Positions 35,101-43,874 of a stretch of 60,345 nt of DNA are shown one piece after another. How positions within the stretch are numbered: position 1 is the stretch's first letter; every line of letters starts with the position of its first letter. The position numbers were made by a program, and so were the translations under genes. The DNA is from Acidimicrobiia bacterium (GTDB lineage Bacteria; Actinomycetota; Acidimicrobiia; Spongiisociales; ZC4RG35): NCBI GenBank assembly GCA_049578105.1, contig JBAULI010000134.1:1-60345 (forward strand), read 5' to 3'. A model generated the notes under the pieces. The model saw only the letters and a program-made list of their open reading frames with translations, was not told the DNA's origin and did no database searches.

Positions 35101-35890
35101 TGAACAATTGCTCGGAGCGGGCCCGCAGATCTATGTACCAGATGGTGAGCATCACCAGGATGGCAGCCGAGATGAATCCTTCGATCAGGATGAGGAACAC
35201 GAAGGCCAGCCCGACCACGAGTGAGACGTCGCCGGCACTGAGCGCGGGAAGGGCTACCAACTGGACCAGTTGGGCCGCGACGGTGCCCATCAGGGCGACC
35301 ATCAACAGGAAGCCGAGAGTCTGCCACCAACGTCCACGCACAAGCGAGAAGCTGCGACGCATCGCCTCGAGTGGGCCGGCATGTTCCAGGGCTATCACCG
35401 GGGTGATCATGGACAACGAGATCGCCAGCCAGACGCCGGGCAGTATGAAGAGGACGAGGCCCGCGAAGACGGCGAGCCCGGTGACCACGATGGCGAGGAA
35501 GGACCGAGGCAAATTGCCCAACGCAAACATCGAAGCGTCTCTCGGGCCGACCGGAGAGTGTGCGAGCTCGGAGCCGACGAGCCGGTGAACTGCCACGCTC
35601 AGAAAGGCGGTCGCGATGGCATTCAGGGCCAGGACGATGAATACGGCCAGGAGGAATCGCATCGTCGGCTCGTATAGCTCCTCGGCGGTGTATTGCTCCA
35701 GGGCGGCCGGATTCGAGATCACCAGGTCGATGAACTCGTCGGCCCCGGTGAGTGCGAAAGTGAGGATGGTCGCCGCTCCGAGGATGACATAGGTCCAGAA
35801 GGCCGGGGGGATCAGCTTTCGCCAGACCACTGAGAGGACCCGCATTCCCTCGCCGAGGACTTCGCCTACCTGCCTTGGAGATATGAGCAT
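35084..35890 (-). CDS. hypothetical multi-pass membrane protein
   Basis: Six or more TM helices (e.g. FLAIVVTGLAVFAGLVLFILPGVWLAISL). Start candidates are the ATGs at 35890 or 35845; longer extensions would collide with fpg. The 3' end overlaps the rnc 3' end by 17 nt (convergent). Confidence 0.6.
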   Translation of the reverse strand: MLISPRQVGEVLGEGMRVLSVVWRKLIPPAFWTYVILGAATILTFALTGADEFIDLVISNPAALEQYTAEELYEPTMRFLLAVFIVLALNAIATAFLSVAVHRLVGSELAHSPVGPRDASMFALGNLPRSFLAIVVTGLAVFAGLVLFILPGVWLAISLSMITPVIALEHAGPLEAMRRSFSLVRGRWWQTLGFLLMVALMGTVAAQLVQLVALPALSAGDVSLVVGLAFVFLILIEGFISAAILVMLTIWYIDLRARSEQLFTTSLS

Positions 35891-35933
35891 GCGCCGGGGT
35901 ACGGTAACCGACCCATCTACCGGGAGCGTTTCG

Positions 35934-36770
35934 TTGCCCGAGTTGCCCGAAGTAGAGATAACCCGCCGGCACCTGGAAGAGGCGATGAAAGGTCGCCGGA
36001 TGCTGGATGTCAGGACCACCCATCCTCGGACGGCCCGGCACAACGCTGGGCCTCAACAGCTCGACGAGCGTCTGCGGGATCGGCGTGTCCTCTCGGTGGA
36101 TCGCATCGGGAAATTCCTCACCGCCCCTCTCGACGATGGTCAGACGATGATCGCCCACCTCGGGATGTCGGGTCGTTTCTGGGTGGGTCAGCCCGATCAG
36201 CCAGAGCCGATCCACACACACTTCCGCGCCCTGCTGGACGACGGGTCTCAAGTTCGATTCATCGACCCGAGGACCTTCGGGTTCGTGGCCGTCGTCGCCG
36301 AAGACGAGATTGCCGGCTCGGGTGTTGCCAGACTCGGCCCCGATGCGTGGCTGTCCGCACCGACACCGGCGGACTTGCACCAGGCTCTTGCCCGGCGAGC
36401 AGCCCCGATCAAGGCTCTGTTGTTGGACCAGGTGATCCTCTCGGGTCTGGGGAACATCTACGCAGACGAGGCCCTGCATCGAGCCGGAATCCATCCTCTC
36501 CGCTCGGGCAGCAGTCTCGATGAGGAGGAGTTGACCCGTCTGCTCCAGACGGTGAGGGAGGTACTGGCCGAGGCGATCGATCACGGCGGGACCAGCCTCG
36601 ACGACCTCGCCTTCCTGCTGCCCGACGGGCGCGCCGGTGAGAATCTCGATCGGCTCGCCGTGTATGGGAGGACCGACCTGCCATGCCCCAACTGCGGCAC
36701 ACCGATCGAGCGTGTGGTGATCCGAGCCCGCTCCAGCCATTTCTGCCCGAATTGTCAGAGGCTTCCGTGA
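35934..36770 (+). CDS. mutM: formamidopyrimidine-DNA glycosylase
   Basis: The TTG at 35934 gives the obligatory (M)PELPEVE N-terminus with catalytic Pro2. H2TH region LLDQVILSGLGNIYADEALH and C-terminal zinc finger CPNCGTPIERVVIRARSSHFCPNCQ. Confidence 0.9.
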   Translation: MPELPEVEITRRHLEEAMKGRRMLDVRTTHPRTARHNAGPQQLDERLRDRRVLSVDRIGKFLTAPLDDGQTMIAHLGMSGRFWVGQPDQPEPIHTHFRALLDDGSQVRFIDPRTFGFVAVVAEDEIAGSGVARLGPDAWLSAPTPADLHQALARRAAPIKALLLDQVILSGLGNIYADEALHRAGIHPLRSGSSLDEEELTRLLQTVREVLAEAIDHGGTSLDDLAFLLPDGRAGENLDRLAVYGRTDLPCPNCGTPIERVVIRARSSHFCPNCQRLP

Positions 36771-37060
36771 TGAAGGCCGTGCGTGCGTTGATATCGGGCC
36801 GGGTTCAGCAGGTTGGCTACCGGCAGAGCTGTCGCCAGGTGGCGCGCAGCATGGGTCTGGTCGGATGGGCCCGGAACCTCGCCGATGGGAGGGTGGAGGT
36901 CTTCGCCCAGGGAGACCCGGATTCGGTCGATCGTCTGGTCGATTGGATGTGGGGAGGGCCGGGCATGGCCCTGGTCACCGGGGTCGAGTCGGACCCGGTG
37001 GCGATCGACGGGACCCTGCGCGACTTCTTCATCCAGCCCAACCCGGCGAAAGACCACTGA
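36770..37060 (+). CDS. acyP: acylphosphatase
   Basis: ISGRVQQVGYRQSCRQVARSMGLVGWARNLADGRVEV contains the acylphosphatase signatures (GxVQGVGFR-like and GWVRN-like). The ATG overlaps the fpg stop by 1 nt. Confidence 0.85.
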   Translation: MKAVRALISGRVQQVGYRQSCRQVARSMGLVGWARNLADGRVEVFAQGDPDSVDRLVDWMWGGPGMALVTGVESDPVAIDGTLRDFFIQPNPAKDH

Positions 37061-37122
37061 GCCGATGAGGCCTGTTAGCCTGCCCGGGTAATCACACCAT
37101 TGTCATTTGCCAGGGAATTGCT

Positions 37123-40100
37123 GTGTATTTGAAGACTTTGAAGCTCGTCGGGTTCAAGTCGTTCGCCGATCGCACCCGTCTCGAGTTTCGACCCGGTGTC
37201 ACCGTGGTCGTAGGCCCGAACGGGTCGGGCAAGTCCAACCTGGTCGATGCGCTGTCGTGGGTCATGGGGACCCAATCCACCAAGGCGCTTCGCACCGGGA
37301 AGATGGAGGACGTGGTCTTCGCCGGCACGGCCACACGGCCGGCGCTGAACCGGGCCGAGGCAACACTCGTGATCGACAACGGCGAGCGTTTGCTTCCCCT
37401 CGACCTCGATGAGGTGTCGCTGACCAGACGCCTCTATCGCGATGGGTCGAGCGACTACGAGATAAATGGGATGACCTGCCGGCTGCTCGACATCCAGGAA
37501 CTTCTCAGTGACTCGGGGGTGGGACGCCATCAGCATGTGATCATCGGACAGGGTCAGGTCGATGGCGTGCTCAACGCCTCGCCGGAGGACCACCGCGCCA
37601 TCATCGAGGAGGCAGCGGGGATTCTCAAACACCGCCGTCGCAAGGAAAAGGCCGAGCGTCGCCTGGAGCGAACGGACGAGGACCTTCTCCGGCTTCGGGA
37701 TCTGACCGGGGAGATGGAGCGACAGCTGAAGCCGCTGAGACGTCAGGCGCGGGCGGCGGAGAGGTATGACGGGCTCAAGGCAGAGGTCCGCGGCTTGAAG
37801 CTCCATCTGTCCGGCATCGCCCTCGAGAGTCACGATCGGGAGCTGGGCACGGTGGGCGTGTCACTCGAGGAGTTGAGGAGTTCGATCGCCACCGACGAAC
37901 GGGCCGTAGAGACACTCCAGACATCCCTCGATGTGTTGACGGCAAAAGCCGCCGAGGTCGCCTCCGATCTCGATCGAGACACGACCGCCGCCGCGGTGCT
38001 CGAGACCACCGTCGAGCGCGTGAGACGTCTGGGCGCGGTTGCCCATGAGAGGAGCAGGGCGGTCTCGGGACGCCGCGAGGCGAGTGTGGAGCGACGGGCG
38101 GACCTCGAGATGGAGCTGGGGTCCATCAGGTCCGAGTTGGTGGAGATCCGATCGGAGGAGGTGGCGGCGGAGTCGGAGGTGGCGAGCCGCGAGGCCGAAT
38201 TTCGTCGTCTCGAGGATCGCGAGAGGTCGATATCGACCCAGCACGACCTCTCGCCCGAGGGGGCGTTGGCGGCAGTGCGCGGGGAGTTGGCCGTGCTGCA
38301 GGCGTCGGCCCTGCGAGATGACCGTGAGAGGGATGCGGTCGACCATCGAATCGAGGTCGTGTCGTCACAATTGAATGGGGAGATCGCCGAGATCGGCCGG
38401 ATCAACGACGAGGTTCGGCGTCTCGACGAGGTCTTGGGGCGTCTGCAGTCCGAGTACGCCAAGTCGACCCGGAGCAGGGAGGGCGACCAGCAGAGATGGG
38501 AGGCTGCCGAATCCGGTCTGACCGAGGCAAAGATGGCCGTGGCTGGATCCGAGGCCCGGGCCGATGCCGTCAAGGCTGCCTTGTCGGGCAGGTTCGATCT
38601 GGATGCCAGACGCTCGATCGAGGGATCCAAAGGGGCGCTGGGAAGCATCGTATCGCTCCTCGACATCCCCGATGGGCTGGAGAGGGCCGTCGACGCGGCA
38701 CTCGGGCGCTGGGTCGACTCGGTGGTCTTTGCCGACGGGGCGGTGCTGCGGGATGCGGTCGAGCTGGTCAAGACGTCAGGTGGTGGAGGTGTCCCTCTGA
38801 TCAACGGAAGCGGCGGCCGGGAGCAGGGGGGGGCATCGTCGATCGCTGACGAGCTCGGCGTGACTGCGCTCGTCGATCAGCTAGGCCCCGGGGCGAATCG
38901 GAGTCTGGCCGATCGCCTGTTGGGTGATGTGCTGCTCGTCGAGGGTTGGGCAGGAGCCTGGTCCCTGGTCACGCGAAATCCGCATCTCAGGGCGGTGACA
39001 CCAGAGGGGGATCTCATCGATGCCGACGGCATTCAGATATCACACCCCGACGGAGCCGGGCCGGCCATGTTGGAGGCAGCCGAGGTGGCGGTGGAGCGGG
39101 CCCGAACCGAGCTCTCTCGCGCCACGTCGATCCATGTGGCCGCCAGACGGGACTTCGAGACGAGCCGCGACAAGGAGAGGTCGGATCTCGAGCGGCTCGA
39201 GGCGGCCGAGGCCGAGCTGGCGGGAAAGACCGAGGCCATGGCCCGTCTCCAACAGTCGGTCGACGCGCTGGAGAGCGAGCGTCAGCGGCTTCGCCAACGA
39301 ATGGATTCACTCCAGGAGTCGGCCACGGCGCGATCCGACGACATGGATGAGCTCACCCGGCGTCTCCGCTCACTCGAGGGGGAGGAAGCCGAGCGGGCCA
39401 GGGTGTGGGAGGAGCTGCAGGATCGCAGGGACCGGATGGCTGCAGAGAAGGAGTCGGCCAGATCGGCGTGGCACGACTCGGCGGCCGGTTTGCACGGGCT
39501 GATCGAGCGGCGCAGGCTCCTCGACGAGCGACTTGCCCATGTGGAAGCTGAGCTGGGGCGCTCGGAAGCCCGTCAACCTGGAGCTCCCGACACGGACCGG
39601 CTCGAGCGTGTCGTCGACTTCGCGCAGAGGGCCGTCGAGGTGTTACAGCGCCGGGTCTCCGAGCTGAGGGACCGTCAATCCGGGCTGCGCACCGAGAATC
39701 AACGGATCGTCGCCGAGCTCGGGGCGAAGCGAGCCGAACACGACGGTCTCCAACGCTCGCTCTCGGTGTCCCGGGAGAGAGTCGGCGAGATGCAGGTCCG
39801 ACTCACCGAGCTCCGGTTGACCAGGGAGAGCGTCGTCGAGGGAGTGCGTAGGGACGCCGATTGCGAGCCCGAGGATGCATACGGGGCCCCGAGGCCCGAT
39901 GTTCCCGACGACACCGATCTCGACGCCATGCTGGAGGAGAAGGCCGCCCAGCTACGGCGTCTCGGCCCGATCAACCCACTCGCTGCGGCCGAGTACAACG
40001 AGCTCGACGAGCGATACCAGTTCCTCTCGGATCAGATGAGGGATGTCGAGTCGTCGAGGTCCGAGTTGAGAAAGGTGATCAGGGCTCTCGATGCCGAGAT

Positions 40101-40575
40101 CGAGGATCGCTTCCGCCAGGCTTTCGCCGAGGTGGAAACCGCCTACCAGCGATATTTCTCACTTCTGTTCCCCGGGGGGCGAGGGCGAATCCGGCTGACC
40201 GACCCCGACGACCCGCACTCCGGGGTGATCATCGATGCCCAGCCGCTGGGGAAGAAGGTGAGCCAGTTGAGCCTTCTCTCCGGGGGAGAGCGAAGTCTGG
40301 CGGCGCTCGCCTTCCTCTTCTCCGTGTTCGAGGCGAGACCGAGCCCCTTCTATGTGCTGGACGAGGTGGAGGCCGCTCTCGACGATGCCAATCTGCGTCG
40401 CTTCCTGCGCATCGTCGACGAGTTTCGCCAGCGTGCCCAGCTCCTCGTCGTCACCCACCAGCAACAGACGATGGAGGCGGCAGACGTGCTCTATGGGGTG
40501 ACCATGGAGCCGGGGGGCTCATCTCAGGTCGTTCGCAAGGACATGGCGGCGGCCACGGCCGAGCTCTCCCTCTAG
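37123..40575 (+). CDS. smc: chromosome segregation protein SMC
   Basis: 1150 aa. N-terminal Walker A GPNGSGKSN, long coiled coils flanking a hinge, and C-terminal LSGGERSLAALAFLFSVF plus Walker B FYVLDEVEAALD. Confidence 0.95.
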   Translation: MYLKTLKLVGFKSFADRTRLEFRPGVTVVVGPNGSGKSNLVDALSWVMGTQSTKALRTGKMEDVVFAGTATRPALNRAEATLVIDNGERLLPLDLDEVSLTRRLYRDGSSDYEINGMTCRLLDIQELLSDSGVGRHQHVIIGQGQVDGVLNASPEDHRAIIEEAAGILKHRRRKEKAERRLERTDEDLLRLRDLTGEMERQLKPLRRQARAAERYDGLKAEVRGLKLHLSGIALESHDRELGTVGVSLEELRSSIATDERAVETLQTSLDVLTAKAAEVASDLDRDTTAAAVLETTVERVRRLGAVAHERSRAVSGRREASVERRADLEMELGSIRSELVEIRSEEVAAESEVASREAEFRRLEDRERSISTQHDLSPEGALAAVRGELAVLQASALRDDRERDAVDHRIEVVSSQLNGEIAEIGRINDEVRRLDEVLGRLQSEYAKSTRSREGDQQRWEAAESGLTEAKMAVAGSEARADAVKAALSGRFDLDARRSIEGSKGALGSIVSLLDIPDGLERAVDAALGRWVDSVVFADGAVLRDAVELVKTSGGGGVPLINGSGGREQGGASSIADELGVTALVDQLGPGANRSLADRLLGDVLLVEGWAGAWSLVTRNPHLRAVTPEGDLIDADGIQISHPDGAGPAMLEAAEVAVERARTELSRATSIHVAARRDFETSRDKERSDLERLEAAEAELAGKTEAMARLQQSVDALESERQRLRQRMDSLQESATARSDDMDELTRRLRSLEGEEAERARVWEELQDRRDRMAAEKESARSAWHDSAAGLHGLIERRRLLDERLAHVEAELGRSEARQPGAPDTDRLERVVDFAQRAVEVLQRRVSELRDRQSGLRTENQRIVAELGAKRAEHDGLQRSLSVSRERVGEMQVRLTELRLTRESVVEGVRRDADCEPEDAYGAPRPDVPDDTDLDAMLEEKAAQLRRLGPINPLAAAEYNELDERYQFLSDQMRDVESSRSELRKVIRALDAEIEDRFRQAFAEVETAYQRYFSLLFPGGRGRIRLTDPDDPHSGVIIDAQPLGKKVSQLSLLSGGERSLAALAFLFSVFEARPSPFYVLDEVEAALDDANLRRFLRIVDEFRQRAQLLVVTHQQQTMEAADVLYGVTMEPGGSSQVVRKDMAAATAELSL

Positions 40576-40624
40576 TTTCCGTGCCCTCCAGTCAACGGTC
40601 CCGATAGGGGTATCTTCGCCCAAC

Positions 40625-41620
40625 ATGGACACCACCACCCTGCTGATCATCGTGCTGGCCGTCGTGGTGCTGGTGGTCGGCGGTGCCTTCTTTCTTCGGT
40701 CACGCTGGCCCGGGGTCGAGGGCGAACGCCCCGAGCCTGGGGCTCCTCCCGGCCGTTTGGCGCGTAGTGCGACCGTCATCGGGGCGGGGCTGAAGCGAGC
40801 CTGGGGCTCAGGGCTCGGGGACGAGACTTGGGACGAGCTCGAAGAGGTCCTGTTGGCGGCGGACGTCGGCGTCGAGGCGACGACCGTCGTCGTGTCCGGG
40901 GTCAGGATGCGTGCGCCGGGGACACCAGAAGAGGCGCGCGCCGAGTTGGGAGCTCAACTGCGACGACAGCTGGCGGGAGGAGCTAGACAGTTGAGGTTGG
41001 AAGGCTCGCCATCTGTGATCCTGATGGTCGGCGTCAATGGGAGCGGCAAGACGACGTCGATCGCGAAGCTGGCCGCCCTCCTCCTCGCCGAGGGCAAGAG
41101 GGTCGTCCTGGCGGCGGCCGACACGTTCCGCGCCGCAGCAGGAGCCCAGCTGTCGACCTGGGGGGAGCGTCTCGGCGTCCGTGTCATCGCCGGTGGGGAA
41201 GGGGCGGACCCGGCCTCCGTCGCATTCGACGCCATCAGCTCGGCTCGAGCCAATGGGATCGACGTGGTGATCGTCGACACGGCGGGGCGTCTTCACGCCA
41301 AGAAGAACCTCATGGCGGAATTGTCCAAGATCCACAAGGTGGCTGCCGGAGATCGCGACGAGGTCGATGAGGTTCTGGTGGTACTCGACGCCACCGGTGG
41401 TCAGAATGGCCTCGCCCAGGTCAGGGAATTCGCCGAGGCGGTGCCGGTCACCGGCATCATCCTGACGAAGCTCGACGGGACGGCCCGGGGTGGAATCGTC
41501 ATCGCCGTGGAGAAGGAGTTGGGAGTGCCGGTAAAGTTCGTCGGCCTCGGTGAGGGCCTGGATGACCTCGTGCCATTCGACCCCGACAGATTCGTCTCCG
41601 ATCTCCTGGAGTTCTCTTGA
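40625..41620 (+). CDS. ftsY: signal recognition particle-docking protein FtsY
   Basis: N-terminal TM anchor, then an NG domain with GVNGSGKTTSIAKLA, DTAGRL and TKLDGTARGG. Confidence 0.9.
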   Translation: MDTTTLLIIVLAVVVLVVGGAFFLRSRWPGVEGERPEPGAPPGRLARSATVIGAGLKRAWGSGLGDETWDELEEVLLAADVGVEATTVVVSGVRMRAPGTPEEARAELGAQLRRQLAGGARQLRLEGSPSVILMVGVNGSGKTTSIAKLAALLLAEGKRVVLAAADTFRAAAGAQLSTWGERLGVRVIAGGEGADPASVAFDAISSARANGIDVVIVDTAGRLHAKKNLMAELSKIHKVAAGDRDEVDEVLVVLDATGGQNGLAQVREFAEAVPVTGIILTKLDGTARGGIVIAVEKELGVPVKFVGLGEGLDDLVPFDPDRFVSDLLEFS

Positions 41621-42006
41621 GTCCAGATCAATTGGTTGCCGCAGCCCGCTCTGCCGCTCGAAACGCATATGCTCCCTATTCGAAATTCAGGGTCGGGGCG
41701 GCGGTAGTCACTGCCGACGGCGAGGTCGTCACCGGAGCCAACGTGGAAAACGCCGCCTACCCATCGGGGGCATGTGCCGAGGCGACCGCCATCTACACGG
41801 CCGTCGCCCGTGGTGCTCGTCGGATCGCCACCGTGGCCGTCGCCTGCATCGACGCCGACGAGGTCGACGGTGCCTATCCGTGTGGCAGATGCAGACAGGT
41901 GATGTCGGAATTCGATGTCGAGACGGTCCTGGTGACCGCCGGCGACGGCTCAGAGGTCCGTGAGCACACTCTGGACGAGCTCATCCCACACCGCTTCACC
42001 CATTGA
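41617..42006 (+). CDS. cdd: cytidine deaminase
   Basis: Zinc ligand motifs CAEATAI and PCGRCRQVM, with YAPYSKFRVGAAV at the N-terminus. The TTG start overlaps the ftsY stop (TTGA). Confidence 0.85.
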   Translation: MSPDQLVAAARSAARNAYAPYSKFRVGAAVVTADGEVVTGANVENAAYPSGACAEATAIYTAVARGARRIATVAVACIDADEVDGAYPCGRCRQVMSEFDVETVLVTAGDGSEVREHTLDELIPHRFTH

Positions 42007-42115
42007 CTCTCGTGGGGCCGGGCGGCCAATCCCCCCGGTTCTCGCGGCGCACGACGAAGCGCAGCCCCGACCAGGACTCGTCGATGGCGCAGACCTCGTC
42101 GTCCACCATGCCCCA

Positions 42116-43138
42116 TCAGCCGGTCGGCAGCAGGTCTCGGTGCTCGACTCTGCCATCGGCGTGGACGGCGAAACGCCCTGCTTCCCAGGAGTGGACCGGG
42201 TCCCGGCGTGACCAGGGCCAGCCGCCGAACTGGGTTCGGTGGTAGTCGTCGACCGCCTGTCGCAACTCCTCGGCCGAGTTCATCACGAAGGGGCCGAGCT
42301 GGAACACCGGTGCGCCGATCGGCCGGCCTTGGAGCAGGAGGAAGCGCGACCGCTCGCCGAGGTTGCGGATCTCGGTCTCCATCTCTGGCCGCAGCTGCAC
42401 CGCCACGTCCTTCTCGATGGTGGTTCTGCCCACCCTCACGTCGTCGCCTTCGTGGCAATGGAGCATCCGATTGACTCCCTCAGGTGCGAGGGGGAGTCTC
42501 CAGGTGCTGTCTGGCTCGAGCTCGATGACCCAAATCGCCAGATGGGAGTCGGGGCTCGAAGCCCATGAGTCAGGTGGCGCCGCAGGTGGGACGTCGCCTG
42601 CGACGGCGCCCGAGACCAAGTCGACCGTGACTCCGGGCGAGGGATGGATGGTCGGTATGTCCTCAGCCCACAGCATCCCGAAGTGAGCCGGGACCATTTT
42701 CGACGAAGGTGGGAGATTGAGCCAGATCTGGAAGAGCTCGAGAGGGTTGGGCCGATCCTCGTTGAGCAAAGGGAACATCTCGGCATGCATGATCCCCCCA
42801 CCGGTCGTGAGCCATTGGACGTCGCCCTGCCCGTATCTTGCGGTGGCTCCGAGCGAATCGGAGTGGTCGACATAACCGCGTCGGACAACGGTCACGGTCT
42901 CGAACCCCCGATGGGGGTGCTGTGGGAATCCGGGGACCACATCGCCGTGGTACATGCTCCATCCGTCCCGGTAGGAGAAGTCGGCTCCTATGTTGCGCCC
43001 TTGAAGGGGCTCCGATGGGCCCAATTCCGCGTTCCCACCGGGATAGCCGTCGACGTGGTGGACGGTGAATATGAAGGGGTCGAGGCCCTGCCAGGGAAAG
43101 CCCAGTTCGACCAGGCGGATCACGGGGTCAGTGGTCAT
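42116..43138 (-). CDS. pirin family protein
   Basis: 340 aa. Cupin metal site FPQHPHRGFETVTVV...GDVQWLTTGGGIMHAE, and a second cupin domain. Confidence 0.85.
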   Translation of the reverse strand: MTTDPVIRLVELGFPWQGLDPFIFTVHHVDGYPGGNAELGPSEPLQGRNIGADFSYRDGWSMYHGDVVPGFPQHPHRGFETVTVVRRGYVDHSDSLGATARYGQGDVQWLTTGGGIMHAEMFPLLNEDRPNPLELFQIWLNLPPSSKMVPAHFGMLWAEDIPTIHPSPGVTVDLVSGAVAGDVPPAAPPDSWASSPDSHLAIWVIELEPDSTWRLPLAPEGVNRMLHCHEGDDVRVGRTTIEKDVAVQLRPEMETEIRNLGERSRFLLLQGRPIGAPVFQLGPFVMNSAEELRQAVDDYHRTQFGGWPWSRRDPVHSWEAGRFAVHADGRVEHRDLLPTG

Positions 43139-43189
43139 TGCGACATGGTAAGCGTCCCGACACCCTGGATCGGACGGCCTGCCGCCGGC

Positions 43190-43729
43190 TCAGGCGACGG
43201 CGATCCGGAATTCGCGCAGCTTCGGGGACCCGCCGAGGAGTGATGCCTCCTCTGCGCGGGACATGAGCCGTCGGCTCAATGTGTCGATGACGGCATCGCG
43301 TCGGGGGTTCGGTCCCTGGCCAAATGCAAGGAGAGCTGCCTCTGTAGATGTGGTCGCCGCCCTGACCGGATCGGGCAGGATGGAGTTGAGAGCTACCAGC
43401 CAGACCGATCGGTTGATGGCGGTGGAAGCCTCGAGCCCGGCCAGGAGGGCGCGCTCGATGCCTTCCAACTCTCCGTCGCGATCGGCGATGATCAATCGGC
43501 GAGCCTGGTTCAGAAGGCGGTACAACAAGTCTTGGGCCGACTCGGTGAGGTCGGGGAGATGCTGGCGGTAGACGATCGACGCACAGTCGTTTGCGAAGAG
43601 TCGGGCGGAGGTGGCGTCCCATCCCTCGAGTCGGAATCGTTCGACTCCGAGCATGTCTGCGATCGAACCGAGGCTGTCGATTCGGGTGGCCCGCTCCCGC
43701 CCCGATCCAGACCAGTCAATACCCCGCAT
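43190..43729 (-). CDS. hypothetical protein (179 aa, predicted all-helical)
   Basis: Protein-like composition with G/C-rich third positions, and the same orientation as its neighbours. No motif I can assign. Confidence 0.5.
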   Translation of the reverse strand: MRGIDWSGSGRERATRIDSLGSIADMLGVERFRLEGWDATSARLFANDCASIVYRQHLPDLTESAQDLLYRLLNQARRLIIADRDGELEGIERALLAGLEASTAINRSVWLVALNSILPDPVRAATTSTEAALLAFGQGPNPRRDAVIDTLSRRLMSRAEEASLLGGSPKLREFRIAVA

Positions 43730-43800
43730 CAGCTTCCCAGTCCTTCCCGGTGTCGTTTTCCCTGTCTTGTGGATAATTCCAAATCGCGGGCCGAATGTAG

Positions 43801-43818
43801 ATGGGCCGGGTGGCCCAT
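43801..43818 (-). terminator. perfect 7 bp hairpin downstream of the antiporter gene (possible terminator)
   Basis: atgggcc-gggt-ggcccat lies about 57 nt after the antiporter stop (43875), inside the least GC-rich stretch of this spacer. There is no clear U-tract. Confidence 0.3.
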
Positions 43819-43874
43819 TCTCCCAGGTAATGACATAGTTCTTCCGACCTAGGCCGCCCGGCCCACTTGGCCCA

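Noticed and set aside
42007-42115. The 109 nt spacer between convergent cdd and pirin genes, examined for an sRNA or terminator.
   Set aside because: It contains only short GC palindromes (ggcc-gggc-ggcc, gcgc-N8-gcgc), with no convincing stem-loop plus U-tract and no repeats.
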